A stretch of 64,000 bases of DNA, taken from positions 11,470,001 through 11,534,000 of the forward strand of contig CM022670.1 in the NCBI GenBank assembly GCA_012295275.1, given 5' to 3'. A program made the translations under genes and the position numbers. This document shows, piece by piece, positions 11,746-26,900 of this stretch. This DNA comes from Chrysomallon squamiferum (taxonomy: Eukaryota > Animalia > Mollusca). Each line of letters begins with the position of its first letter. The stretch's first letter is position 1. Under the pieces are notes generated by a model. The model saw only the letters and a program-made list of their open reading frames with translations, was not told the origin of the DNA and did not search any database.

Positions 11746-14700
11746 CTAGACAAATCTTGGAGTTCGGTCCTGACTGACATGTCGACCTGGCTTGCTCGTT
11801 GAAGAGTGGGACTCTGACGTGGATCCACCCACAGCTGAAGGACTGGACAAGTTTTTTTCCACCTGACACTTTTCGTGCACCTTTTTCACAGATCCTTTCC
11901 CACTGTTTTGCCTATCCAAATGTTTAGAAACAGTTTTCGTCGAAGCTGTCTGAGTATTTTCTAAGGGTCGTCTCTGTTTTGAAGTCGACATAATGGTGCT
12001 CTGAGTGGCTGCTGTCTGTCGCGATGATGTCGGCTCGACACTTCGTCTGCTGGCAGAGATCCTCGATCCCGACGATGTGATGCTCAAAGGATGAGATATT
12101 CCAGAAGTAGTGCTTGAAGGAACTGATGATCTTTTGGAAGACATGCTGTACATTGGCATTGACTGTCGGCCAACACAACAAATTCGGGTGGAGCTGGATG
12201 AACTATAAGTAACAGACACAACTGCAGAAGAGGTAGGTGCTTTTTTCCTGTGCAACGCACCGGCTGTCGAACTAGGCAGTTTTTTCTGTTCTGACGGAAC
12301 CTTTTTGGGTGAATCGGGCAAAGTAGTAGGTCGGATCGCTTTTGATTTGTCTCCAGATGAAACTGTTGAAACCTTAGTTGCAGTTGTTGATTTCTCACAA
12401 GTTGCTGGCTTCTCCCCACCAGAAAGTAGAGAAGTTGATGGAGGCAGTGACTTAGTCTCTGTAGCTGCTATTGTCGAAGGTGCAACAACCGTTGCTTTGG
12501 CCAGTCGTGGATGGCGCACCAGGATTTCTTCAGTTTGAGCATCGTCAGAGTCACCAACCTCGGAAATGACAACTTTAATAGGACTGACAGGAATCATTGC
12601 TGTAAGAAGACTGCTTGTAGAGGAGGCAGATGAAGGAGAAGTGGAGCTGTCTGCTGCTGTTTCTCCTTTATGACTAGAGGTGGGTTGTAAAAGCAATGAT
12701 TCGTCTTTGGCAAGTCTTACTCCCTCTGTAACAGGAGGTGAAAAACAAGACTTTTAAAAAAATCACACAAACCATGAGACAGATAATGATTATTAAATTA
12801 TGAAATAATAATAATAACAATAAATGTATTTATAGAGTCCCTTATTTGGTGCTCTGGATGCTTACCAACAGTTTTTTAAAATTTATTTAACTTCTTTTAG
12901 AGTAAGAATATTTAAAAATTATATCAGTAGCCTGAGGTCATCAAGAAATAATTATTTAAGTAACAATTCATGATTTTTTTTCTCAGGTATAATTTATCAT
13001 CATTTTAAAATTTGACCTTTAATAATAATAAAGCAAGAGAAATTATTAGAAAATAAAAATATGAATGTCAATATTTTATACCTTTATTGGTGACATTATC
13101 AATCTTATTGGTGATTGTTCTTGATATATTATTTTCAACAACTAGTCACCAGAAAGAAATAAATGCCATTAACTTGGAAGTATACAAATCTATTAACCTG
13201 TAGTTTAATATCAAATATCTAGTAAATATGAGGTTTGCCAAATGAAATCTTTTTAACACTAATTTTTCATTTTCATTTTTGAACAGTTTGAGGTAAAAAA
13301 AAAAGTTTTTTAAATTTTGTTTTTTTTTCTTTAAAATATATATATATATATATATTCTCAATAATAATGTTTAACCCACCATCAAAGTATACATCTAAAA
13401 TCTGTTCAAAACCCAAACCCAAAGCAGGTTATCTATTTTGTTTCAAAAACCAATTAAAATTAACTTAAACTTATCTAACTGATCAAACATATGGAACAAT
13501 GGAACATGCATGTTTTTGTAATGTTAACATATTATCATTATTACCGTTCATTTTACTGTTCATTTTGTGGTTTATTCATTAGCCATAGACTGTAACCAAG
13601 TGGAAAACCCATTTCAATTTATAAAACTTAATGAATACTAAGACCAATTACTGAAATATAATTTATGTCAAAACCCCCATTAGGTATGTTAATTCCTGAA
13701 TACACCATAAAATAATAGCTATAAACATGCAAATAATGCTAAAGATATATATTCCATATAAAATGTGTAATTTAAATAATTAATGGACGTGTCATAAAAC
13801 TCAGCAGTCCAAATTAATACATAACCTTGAAGTTCATTATTATAAAGAAGCTAGCAATTATACATGCACTATGAGTCATAATGATGTCAAAAATGCAACA
13901 TGCAGATATTTGTCAGTACAATTTCCCCAGTAGTAATAAACCATTACCTAGTAAGTTCTGAAAGAAACCAAAATGTCATTATTAAATGTTTAAATAAAAG
14001 TTTAATAAATGAAGTAATAGTTTTGTAAATTATAGTTATCTACATATAAATATGTCACAGAAGTATAATCAGTAATTATATGCAACAGTGCTGCACATGA
14101 ATAGCTGATATATATACATATATATATATATGAATCTCTCATTAATCAATGGTAAAAATTTGGTCTTTTGTATTACTCTTTATTGAGTGTAGAAACTAAA
14201 AGTGAAAAAAATAAAAAAACAAAAATTTCAATATATGAACAAGAGATATGTTGTAAGAAACAAGTGAAATTAAGAAAGATGTTTCAGTAACAAATATGAA
14301 AATGGTTTGAAAAAATGTTCTGTATATTTACATGAAACGTTCGGTAAATATGCACAATTACTGATTATACACATTTGCTGCAATATATATTATATTATTG
14401 TAACTTCCATAACCCAAAAGCACAGCTGACTGAATGTCTCAGACAGATCTGCAGTACCTGTCAGTAGGGAAAGTCAGGAAACTGGAGTACTGAAAGCAAA
14501 TACTTTGTTCTGTAACAGAGCCATGACAAAGTGAAATCTGAAGAACGTAGAACGTTGATTTTATCAACCACTAAGATGTACAACTAATTTCTTATTTCTT
14601 TGTGGATTCAACTATTCTGGTTTCTCAGTCCTTCACTTAATGTCATTACTAGTTACAATTCAATACAGTAATAATTTTTAAAAACACATAATGAATAAAA

Positions 14701-17700
14701 AAAATTAAAAAGTTAATAAAAATATTTTTTTTAAAAATCCTTTAAGATATTTGGAGAAATGAAAACAAAAATGTAAATAGGCACGACTAACATAATAAAT
14801 GTACTGAATTGTCATTTGTTCATGATTATTTTTTAAAAACATCTTAAAAAACAAAAATGATTTTTTTCTCTTTTTACCATTTTCAGTTGAAACAGACAGG
14901 GATAAATAATTAGCTTCGGTTAATATATCTTTTCATTATTTTTTATTGTTGATAATAATATCAACATGAAGTCAAGCACTGCTGTCAACATTGGATTAGG
15001 TAGGATTAGTTTTAGATTATTATGTGTGTATTATTCATATATACTTTATTACTTCTGGAAATGCTTGTTACATTTTCAATTTCATTTTACTTGCCTTGGA
15101 TGTTTTGTATCAGCTGATTAAGAGATAAAAAAAAAATTCAATTATTAACTGAATAACAAAACTAAACGTGTAAGCACTTAAGATATGTATTTGAAAAAAT
15201 AAATAAACCAAAAAAATAATATGTAGAGGTGATCATATTTCTTTAATGATTTCTGTGTGAAACACAATAGCTAAACGATGAATTTTGGTCTAGTAAAGAG
15301 AATGAGTTATCTTATAAATTATGAATTGTTTTATTCTTGGGACAGAGAACATTTACATGATTAAAATTCTGATTTTTTTTTACATTTTAGACCACAAACT
15401 GATATTGCTGTAGTCAAGATCTAGTACAAACAGCACATTGTATCCATATTATCATTTCAATACAAGTGAAAAAAAAAAAAAAGACTATTACAGAACTGAC
15501 TTTTTTTCAGGAACTGAAAATCAACTAACAAATCAGTTAGGTGAACAATTTCAAAAGTTTTATAACACTGTTTTCAAATGTTAGCTTTATCGAAAATCCT
15601 TGGATGACACCATTCCCTCATTTGCCATTAACAAGTTAAAAAAATATAAACAGGACATTATTATTATCTGTTTACCTGCCATAAAATGTCGTGTGACCAC
15701 GGCCTGGTTTGGGGACCGTGGGGAAAGTGAGTCATCTGGAAGCAAGGTATCTGGCAAGTCATCATCTGACTGCAGCTCTAAATCATCGAAACTTTCCTCT
15801 CCTGAAATACCACCAACTATCATAACATCTTTAGCAAATCACTCCAAAAATATCCATTTTATATTTTAAATTTATTTTAAACAAATGTCTGAAACACAAC
15901 ATGAGACATTAGTGTGATGTCTAACTACTGAAAGTAATTTACAGTTTTGATTGTAAATATCCATCATAAATTATGCCATCTGAAAACATGTTTGTGATGT
16001 GTGTTCATTATTATAAATAAAAATCAGGTAATTAATTATCTGAAGTAAAATAATCTGTAATAATGCAAGAGTAAAAACTTGTTTCTACAGTTATGCTGTC
16101 TATTTTGACACACCACGTGACCACATATAAAACAATAAAATGAACAAGAAAGAAATAAACATATTCTATATATTCATAAACATATTTTATTATTTTTAAT
16201 TTAAATTCAAAATTTTAAATATGTATTATTCTATGGCTAAATATTTTATTCAAGTAATTATTTTTTGTACATCCGACAAAAAATATTTTAACAGAGCTAA
16301 ATCAAAGTAATTAATTTAAGAAATAACAACTGAATTATGTCGAAGAACACTGATTTTGTAGCAGAACTGATATTTAAATATCATCAATAATCTAGTGGAT
16401 GGTTCCAAGAGAAATGTATTAATATTTCCAAACTATGAATAGTAAATATTTAAAACTGATAACTGAATATACAAATGGCACACACAACAAAAAGGTATAT
16501 ACATTTCTGGTATGTTTATAATTTTCTCAAATGAGAATGAGCAGATGTCCAAGCAATAAAATCAACAAATCCCAGAACCACATTAATATTCAAACAACTA
16601 CATGCAACATGCTCAGATACAGATACAGTTATTGTTTGTTACATCTGACATATTAAAAGGGTGAGGTCTGTAATATGTGGTTTGATTAAAAATAAATATT
16701 ATATAATACAAATTGCACATATCTGATTTGTAAGTAACAGTAGGCAAAAAGAACAATAAAAAACCCTTTAAGAAATGATTTTTAATTGTTGTTTTTTGTT
16801 TATTTATATTTTTGTTTAATTTTCACACAAAATTAACTGAAATACAGACCATGGATGCACAACACACACATTCTCACTGAAGTCTACATGCACACAGACA
16901 CACACATCATCATCACAAAAACACTTTTCAAATCATAATAAAATAGAAAAAGAATAAAAAAATCTACTAATCCCTCCACCTTTAAAAAATTAAGCAGTAT
17001 TAAAATCAAGATGTAATCAAGGTACTGAAATATCAAACTGTGACATCAGCTGTTATAATGAATTGTTTGTTGTAATATTTTTTTTTTAAAAAGGAAGAAA
17101 TAATTAATTTGTTTTGATTAGACATTTGTTAAAACATGCTGGATAACAGTAAATGTGCATGCTCTTATTTGTTGAGAAAAAATGAGCATCATGCATGGAT
17201 GGATTACCATCAACGTGGGATTCAATGTGACTAGTTGCAGCATCTTTGTTCTCCTCAGAGGTGCTGCCTGGCAAAGTAAAGTCTGATTTCTGAAAGTCAA
17301 ATATTGATGAGAGAAAAAAAAGGAAATACAATTGTCAGGAAAATCTCATTTTTGTCAAACTGATGTAAGAACTGAAATATGATTTTTTCTGAAATACTCA
17401 AAACTTTAATTAAAATCATACACAATGGATTGTTTATTACCTGAAAGAATGGAACACTTTACACATACACACACGCACACACGCAAACATACACAGAGTA
17501 AAATTGAAATGTGATTTTTCTGAACAACTCAAGACTTAATCCATTGTATATGATTTTAATTAAAGTATTACCTGAAGGAGTGGAAACATTTTATACATTC
17601 AATATCCACAGTAAAACTGACAGAGAATGCAGAACATCAGTTTTTGCTGAAAGGCCCATTTAAACAGGTAATACTAAATGTCAATGAGAGAAGTTTTAAA

Positions 17701-20700
17701 GTAATTATAAAATCTGAGTATCACCATAGCCCTTTCAGATAACAAAATATCTGTATTCAAAGAAAAAGTGCAAATTAAAATCCACATCAACTAGATGGAA
17801 GTTAACAACTGAATTATGATGGTTTTCCTTTTTACTTTTCATGTACAATTTGAAGCTGAGAATGACAGAAATAAATTAAATCAGTACAATTTACCTTTTC
17901 TGAAACCGAAACACCATTTTCTCCTGGTGTTTGTTCTGCAGGAACACTGGTCTCAGAACTTGAAAAAATAAAAATAATAAAAATAAAAATCAATTCTACA
18001 TTGGTAATTTTGAAAGTAAATGGCACAGTTTTGCAGATTCCATGTTTCCTTAGTTTAAGGTATGAGCAGTAAAGTCTGTTATTAAAAACTAACTGCCCAG
18101 TACAAAAATAAGTTATCTAGCTGTTTAATTTCACAAGTTATATTAAACAACTATATTAAACCTAAGTAAAATTTGTTCTCAAATGTTTAAAACACTGGTG
18201 CAGATAATTAAACTCATCACATGATTAAGACTTTGTGAAAAACATTCCAATAGTATTTCACACCAAACATTTTCATCTTATTATGATATTTTGTTGTCTT
18301 GTGGGTATGTAGATAATAATAAAGTTCACATTATAAAAACATTATGAAAAAAATTATAATGATCTTTAATCTAAACATTTTCATCTTGTTATGTTTTCTT
18401 TTATGGGTATACATATTATATGTAAGGCTGTGAAAAAATGCTACTGACTCTATGTATAAAAGTGCTAAAATCAGTATGCACTTGTTATTCATCTTACCTG
18501 GAAGATTTTGGAGGATCCTCTTTTGGTACTTTTTCTCCTGAAAAACAAAACAAAATTACTAACTAATGTATAAACTGTAATAGGTTCAAAAATAATTCAA
18601 GCAATATCTTGCATATCAGGGTGTCAAAAGAGGAAGAAAAAGACAATAAACATTTCTGTTTATATGATTTTGATTACATATATTAGTTATAAAAATTTCA
18701 CAGAAAGCTATTTGTTACTTTTTAATTTGTTTAATGTCTAAAAAAGAATATTTTCTGTGACAAACCTGAACTTTTTTCTGATGCATCTTCAGTTTCTTCT
18801 GGCAAGGTTTCGATCGGTGTTTCCCCAGCAACAAGCTGGTAGTCAGCATCAGGACCAAAAATTGACTGTAAAGGAACAGAAAGATCTATAAGTATTGATA
18901 AATTCTTTATGTGTAAAAAAAAAAAAAAAAAAAGAAAAAAAAATTATATATTTTCACATACTGTAAATAAATATTCCAATAATAATAATAATAATAAAAG
19001 AAAAGAAAGTGACATATAATTCAAATTTATTGTTAAACTAGTTATTATTTTCACACTGGTACACACAATATCAATTATATTATAACTTTGACAAACTACT
19101 CACAACAAAAACAAATTTATCATAATCATTCTAATTCTGCAATATATTCAACCATAGCAATATTTTTTTCTTATTTTTTTAAATTATTTGACTTTCTGAA
19201 AATCAAGATGTTTATTTTTATCATTATTGTGAAGTATGACATGACACATGCTAATGTGTGTGTTATTACTATTAAAAACAATTAACAATAAATAATAATA
19301 TTAAATTTAAAATGTTATTTTGATGACAGTAAATGCAGACCTGGGCTGAAGATATGAGCAGTTCAACAGCTCGGGTTTGGTGAGGTGTGTCCACCAAAGA
19401 AGCAAGGGAAGCTGTACCTTCTCTGTAAATAAATCATAAATTAGAAATTAAAAATTATAAATAATAAATTATATAATAGAAATTATAAACACTAAAATCT
19501 TATAGATTAATGTTTAGACTTTACTGCAGGGACCTTGGGTCACTTTGAAAATATACACTGTATTTAAATATACTTAAACCTATAATTCATTACAGAATTT
19601 GTCATGTGTTTATGAGCAGAATAAAATTAGGTTTATTTAAATTAGGGTCCTGCAAAAATAAAAAATAATAAAATATCACCCAAGCAATTAGATTAAGTTA
19701 CTACTTTAATGCATATAATTTGCTGTATGTTCCTGATTTTTTTTTTTTTAACTATTTTAATAATAAACCATTTTAGCTGCAAAAAAATTATATTTATTGT
19801 GATTCAACATATATCTAGGCTTTTCCCAGAGTAAAAGTTTTACTTGTGCTAATTTATTCATTTGTGATATTTATTTTGTTGTTTGTCAAGAAGAAAATTT
19901 AACTGAAACAGATCAAAACAACTTACGCAGGTCTAAGCAATGTAGGCCCGAAGACAATACCAAGATTACTGGGACTCATCTGATTAAGATCACTGTGTGC
20001 AGCCACTCTGTTTTAAACGAGAAAAACACAGTAAAAACAGTGAACACTAAAAATAAATAAAGTTAGAAGCATTTTTCTACGTTTAAAACAATCAGATCAC
20101 TTGTAAGTAATGTCAAAATTTCCTCAAAAGCAGAGTTCAGATAAAGCTATGCTAATAAACACAAAAAATAAAAATAAAAAGAGAATGTAAATATTCTTAC
20201 CGCTGTAAGTGATGTACAAGAACTGCCAGAGTTTTAAAGTTAGAGTGTGGTAAACAGCGAACCAGTGTTGCCAGCTTCTCAACAGTTTTAGAACTAGAGA
20301 TAGCACCAGCCATGCTTTCCTGAAACATATCGTAAGTAAATTTACATCTTAATTAAGTATAAAACATCACAAAAAGAAAAAAAAAAAATTTTCTTCTTTT
20401 TGGTGAAATGTCCATTAAAAAAGTGTTGTAATAAGGCAAAAATATATGTGCAATTTTTGTTTTGCTGTAAAGTATAGTCACAACATAAAGTGAATATTCA
20501 ATATATTCATTCAGTCAAAGAGATGCTAATTCATTCCAGTGGCCTCAGATTTTTTCCTAAATAGAAAGGGTTATTCATATATACAAATCTTAATTTAATT
20601 TACAGTTAGAAAATCTTTGAACAATTACAGTAACAAAGCTTATTCAATCAATATAAATATACTGAAAGTATAAACAAGTTGTATTCATTCTTGCTCAAAA

Positions 20701-20904
20701 CACTGACATTCAATAAATGATTTACAATATTTTCATAGTTACTTACCTTAGAAACATTAATGAAATCTCCATATAAACGAAACGTAAGCAGAGGTTCAGG
20801 TAACTGAAATAATTACAAACATTTTTTAAAGTTATTTTATTTTTAAAAAACTATTTCTCAAATTATGATATTCAGTAAAATTGCTTGGAACTACCTTTCT
20901 TTTC

Positions 20905-20935
<31 letters not shown>

Positions 20936-23900
20936 GAAATCACACTCAATCAACATTTTTAAAATGATTTTTCATTTTTCATGAGAAGAAGTGTTAAAAA
21001 TGTATTTATTTTATTATTGGTTTATGTGAAAAATACACTAACAAATGTTTTTACAAGTAACTAACTTTATTTTGACTGGATTTTCACCATGGATTCAGAA
21101 ATTACAAACTAGATTACCTGTCGGAGGTAAAGTTTAAGCACATTGGAAATGACATTTGGATGCTGTTCTTCCAGATCAACAATCTCGGGCTCCATGTCAA
21201 AACGCTGACAAAGACTTTCCACTTTACTCTTAACACCAGACACTCTATAAATACCCTAAATTTAAAAACAAAACATCTTAACACAACCATTACAATACAA
21301 AATTCTTCCACTTCGAAAGAAATTATGTTATTAGAGAGGTAAAGATTGTTTTATAATGTTTATTGTAATGGATTATGTCAACATTCAGATTTAGTCAGTG
21401 TTTCAGCCTATCAAAAAAAAAAAAACATCTGTTGCTGCTATAGTTTACTGTCTTCTATAGGAAATCAAGATATGTATATTTGATACCCAGATAACTCCGT
21501 AAAACTGGAAAGGTTATATCCATAAGACAAAAAGGAAGACGGCAAATATTATAAAAAAAAAGAGGTTAAAAGCAAATAAATAAAATATGAAGCAGACGTA
21601 ATTGATTAAGATACCTTTATATCCATGCCTCTTTTTTCCACCTCTGACAGACATTTGGAAATAATTGGTGGAACTTCTCGCTTGAACTGGGCAACTTGCT
21701 CCTGGAAGTCGACACCAAACGTTGTATTTCGACGACCACGATGATAAGGCTGGCAAAACAAGAAGAATTAAATTTTAAAAGAAAACGTCTTTCTGCCGAT
21801 CTATCGATTTATCCACAAGGTTTAGTGATTTAGTGATTATACATACACTCACCAAAGGCCTTTCAACATAAGTAAACCATAAAATTTACATTTTTAAAGA
21901 CTATGTTTAACAATACGAAAGCGAAGTCTGAAAGGATTTTAAATATATCAGACTTATTGTTTGATTTATAATAATAAGTTGTAATAATAAAACATCACAA
22001 TTAGATATTTTAATTTTCTAGCTAGTTAGATAAGTTGCTGTGATTTAATTTGTACAAATTAATTAATTAAGAATATATACTATTTCTAAATAAAAAAATA
22101 ATAAACAATATACTTGTATATTATACAATGGATCAGAGGTAAATGTAATGTGGAACTTTGGGTTAAACTTTTTATCTAAAAAAACATGAAGACAACAACA
22201 TTAAAAATTGACTAAAGTGGTATGCAAAAAAAGAGAGATCTCACTGCAAATGGATCTTCTGCTGTGACTGTCAACATTCTTTTTATCAAGTTACGTCTTT
22301 GACCTGAAAAAAAAAAGGGGGACTTTTAGTGAAAAAAAACCAACAAAACATTTTCACATTATCAGTCAATATAAGGCTTTCTGCTCTTCATTGTTTTTAA
22401 CTGATCACATGTGAGCAACACTGAAAGCTATGAACTAATTTTAATGATGAAGAGAATGCAAGATTTGTTATTATTATTATTTATTTTATAACAGATAGAA
22501 AAAGTAAAATAAAGAATAAAATATAAATCTGTACCATTGCTGCTAATTTTACATTCTTCTTCAACCAGCTCATCAAGGGAGTGACTGGTGACAAGCTGAG
22601 GTCTGGACACAGTGTTTGGACTGTTGCTGGGAGATGAATCGTGTGACTTGTTGCTGCTGCTACCACTGCCACTGTCTGTGTCACTGTTCAGTACTCCTGA
22701 CTGAGTCCAGGCTCGAACAGGACCATAGTACTTCTCTGAGATAAAAATGATTACAAAATTACAGTGTGCATTAAACCTACAGGTTCCTATGGAAAATGTA
22801 ATTTAGTTATACAAAATATTTACCTCAAATACCAGCACTGTGATAAATAATGGTGCAATTTTTACTATTTAGGTTTATTCCAAAAACAGAATCTAAAAAT
22901 TTTCGTAACCAGTTCGTTATTTATTGTGATTTAACATACAAACAAAATAGGAATATTATAATAATAATAATAAAAAACAAAACAAATAGCAATGTATGAA
23001 ACTGATTCATAAAAATGACATCAAAAGGAGTCTTTTACATTAGATAAAGCTCCTTGCCATAACTTTCAAAATGTTTCATCAGCTATTCTGAGGTATTTAA
23101 AATAATTTTGAGAACTGAATGTGGGATGGGAATTCAAGTTAATAAAATAATAATGCTAACCTTTCTTGGGAGAAGCTGTAGGAGAGCCTTCGCTGGATGG
23201 AATAAAGTCAGACGACAGTGATCCATTTGACTGAGTGCTGGGTTTTCTGGTTTCACTATATCTACAATCAACATAGCTTTATTATTGGAATAATTTCTTA
23301 GAGACACACACACACACACACACAAGTGACTGCCTTTTTTTTTTTTTTTAAAGTGGTTATTTTGTTTTAGAATACAAAGGTCAGATGATCCAGGCTATAG
23401 TGTTTTTGATATGCTAAGATGCAGAAAAATGTTTAAATGTTTTTGGATCAAGTTTTTACAGTGACATAACTAACTACATTATCTGAAATTTTATCTTTAA
23501 AAATACTGAAAATGTAAAATAAATTTTTCTTCAGGAAAACATTCTGAAAGCATTAATTACATCAGTGTTTGAGTATTTCATAAACTTGTTATGGAACAAT
23601 ATCAGATTAAGTAACATAAAAAAATATATATATTTTACAAATGCTTGAATTAAAAAATGGTGAAGCTTCTTCACTTACTTTATCCCAGGCACGTAAGGTT
23701 CAAAGGAAAACATTTCTTGTTTAGTATTGTCTGCTGTCGGAATCGGCAGTCTTCTGACAAATTCTGCATACTGACTTCCTGGTTCATAGACTTTGCTGCT
23801 CTCACACAATGTATGAAACTAAAATGATTTATAAAAAGTATAACAACATCTTTTGATCAATGGTCAAATAATGAACTGTGTCATAATCATTAAGAAATGT

Positions 23901-26900
23901 TTACAAAGTAAATTAAAGGTAATTCTATTATATTTTAAATGATAGACAGAGATATTATCATGGTGAAAAAATAAAAAAATAAATATAAGTCAGATCTAAT
24001 GTATTTTAAACATATAACATTTGAATACACCATGAATTATAAAAACATGTTTTGTTTTAGTTTAAAATACTACATACCACTATCATATTAGTAATACCAA
24101 TCTGAACAGTACTTTATCCATGTTATTAAATTTCAGCTGCAAATTATATTTTAAATAATACTAAATATCTACAACAAATCAGTTTTACTTAGACAACTGT
24201 AAAAGAAAAACAAAACAAACCTGAACAGGAAGAGGTGCTGACACAGTATGAAGCAGTTGGAAATAATCTACAGTAAGCTACAATCAAATATTAAAAACTC
24301 ATTATTTTTATTTTATCAGTACACCATTTTCTTCAAACCAGTTTAATCTGCTTAATTTAAAATGAAAATAATTTTTAAAAAATGTAACAGAAAAGCAATA
24401 GGAATGTATATACTATGAAAATGTAGATTAAAAATATTGTGATTAATTAAATTTGATAGGCAATCTTCCTTCCATCTTGCATTTCAAAAAAAAATAATTA
24501 AAAATTAAAAAATTAAAAAGAAATAAGTGAAGTATATATAAATAAATAAAACTTTTGGAAATCCCACTATTTGCATTATGAAACAATTACTACTAATTAT
24601 TTTTATTAAATAAAAAAAAGTTAATGGTTTTATTAACACTTTAAAATTCAGATTACAAACTAACTTGTTTTATTGTTTGGTCACACATTTCAATCTGTTC
24701 GCGAAGTCTGCTTAACAAATCAAGCTGAAATATAAAAGAAGAATAATATTCAGTAAGATTTACATTTTTTTTTTAATAAATTAAAACACAAGCTATCGAA
24801 CTAAGAGTTTAATAAATGTATTAACTTGATAACAAGAGTCGATTTTAGACTGGCACTCTCAACAACAGAGAATGTTTTACCGAAACACATTCATCTCACC
24901 TTGACTTTCTGAAGTTCTTGCTGTCGGTGGTTGGCCTCTGCTACACAAGCCTTGTAGGTGGTCTCAGCTTCGGCAGCCTGCAAAATCACAATTATGATGA
25001 GTGAGATTAACTCCATACATTCTGTTAATGAAAATTTTAAATATAATAATTAGAACTGTCGCTTTTGCTTATTAAATGAATAATTTTTTTTTTTTTTTTT
25101 TTAAATCAAAACAGTAATACCCTTAAAATATTTAATACAGTTTCTGAGACTGAAGTTAATGTCATTTTTTTTTTTTAAACTTGTTTTTATATACATGTAT
25201 AAAGAAACAAAATACATTTATTTTGCCACATATTATTAGATATGAGTTTAAAAAAATATATATATATATATTTTCTAATTCTTACTTTGTGCATGGCTTC
25301 TTCTTCCAGTTTTTTGCGTTTTTCATGTTTTTCAGCATCAGCTTTATTAGTCATGTCTTTGGCTTTGTCAAACTCCATCTGTCTGGATATGTACATGTTT
25401 TGTGCCTTTCTCAGATTTGTCACAGTTTCATGCTAGAGAAAATACACATTTGTTATGTGAAGAATTGAGGCATTTTTTCTCTAGTTAGTTATTTTGTGAT
25501 AAGTAGCTACAAATCACTTGATAAATATCACAAAACAAGACATTACAGGAAATAGTGTAAGAAATAATAATGCTTGATGATACTGTCTTGAAAAAGAGAA
25601 ATGAAAAAAAAAAAATAACAATGGAAAATACAAAAAAATGTTGAACAACTGAAAAAATATTTGAATCTTTAAAATGTTTTATTTTATTTAATATTATCTT
25701 GTTTGTCTATATTTTATTTTCATTGACCACAGAAAAATTAGAAAAGCTTTGATATTTTATTGAATAGCAGCAGAAACAACAATTATAGTAACACAACCAG
25801 AACATCCCAAGAAAAGAACACTTACCTCTGTGAACAACAGAATGCAGTTCAAATAAAAAAATATATTATGAAAGTGTGTGAATATATGTAGACAGACAAT
25901 GGTTTGAGAAATTATTATTGGTTAATTTTACCTAACAATACTGTGATTCCTAACATTTTATTTTTACTGCACTTTAGTTTATCTTTCGAAATGTGTGGAT
26001 AATCACTGTAAACTAAGAGTTTATCTGTAGAAAGATAATAATCAGAAACACAACAGAATTATTTTATTATCCATTATGAGTTTCTTTCTTGAATGGTTTA
26101 AAAGAAAAATGGGTCTATGTTGTGAAAGTTTTTAGTTTATGGCTGTTTGGCTACTTTGATGCAGTCAATTGAGAAAATAACTTGGTTAATTACAGGTGTA
26201 TGGTTATATCCTTGTATTCAAACACCAGCAAGCAATGTTATGTTTCTAATATGCTGTCTTAAGGACCACAGATATAATGTATTACTGAGAAGGGAAACAA
26301 AGTTTAGTAATTTTCTGAGTAGCTAAAGACAGAAGAAGACAATACTGTCTAATTATATCAATTCTTTCACTTAACAAAAAAAGAAAAACGAAATATCTCC
26401 ACATTTGGAATTGCATATCAAAACTAAATTCAATTTAAAAAGATCGTAATAAATTATCAATTGAATATCAGCTTATCTTTTTAACACAATTACTCCTTTG
26501 TATTAACAAATTATGGTTTGTCTTCAGTTTTATTCCTGATTTCTTTTGATTCCTTACCATTTTCTTCATTTCTCTAAGCCACATCTCCTTCACAGACTTT
26601 CTCACTTTATCATGTTCTGCTCTTCTGGCTGATAAAGGCTACAAACAAATTAAAAAGATGTCAGAAACACAGAGCAAATATCCTAAATTTGTTTTCCATA
26701 AATTCTGTCGTAGAAATATTTTAATAAACAATCTAGGTAGTTTATACAGTTATTCTTTTAAAATGATCGTAAATTCAAAAATTTAGAATATTTACTGAAT
26801 CTTAACCTTAGAATTTTTCTGTTTAAAACTCCACAGTGAAAACATGTTACTCTCAGTTGGTATTATTAACAGATATTATCATATTAGCAAACATTACAAA

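Noticed and set aside
11924-12538. Alternative-frame and antisense ORFs within the last RhoGAP exon
   Set aside because: Shadows of a Ser/Thr-rich coding exon; no independent signals.
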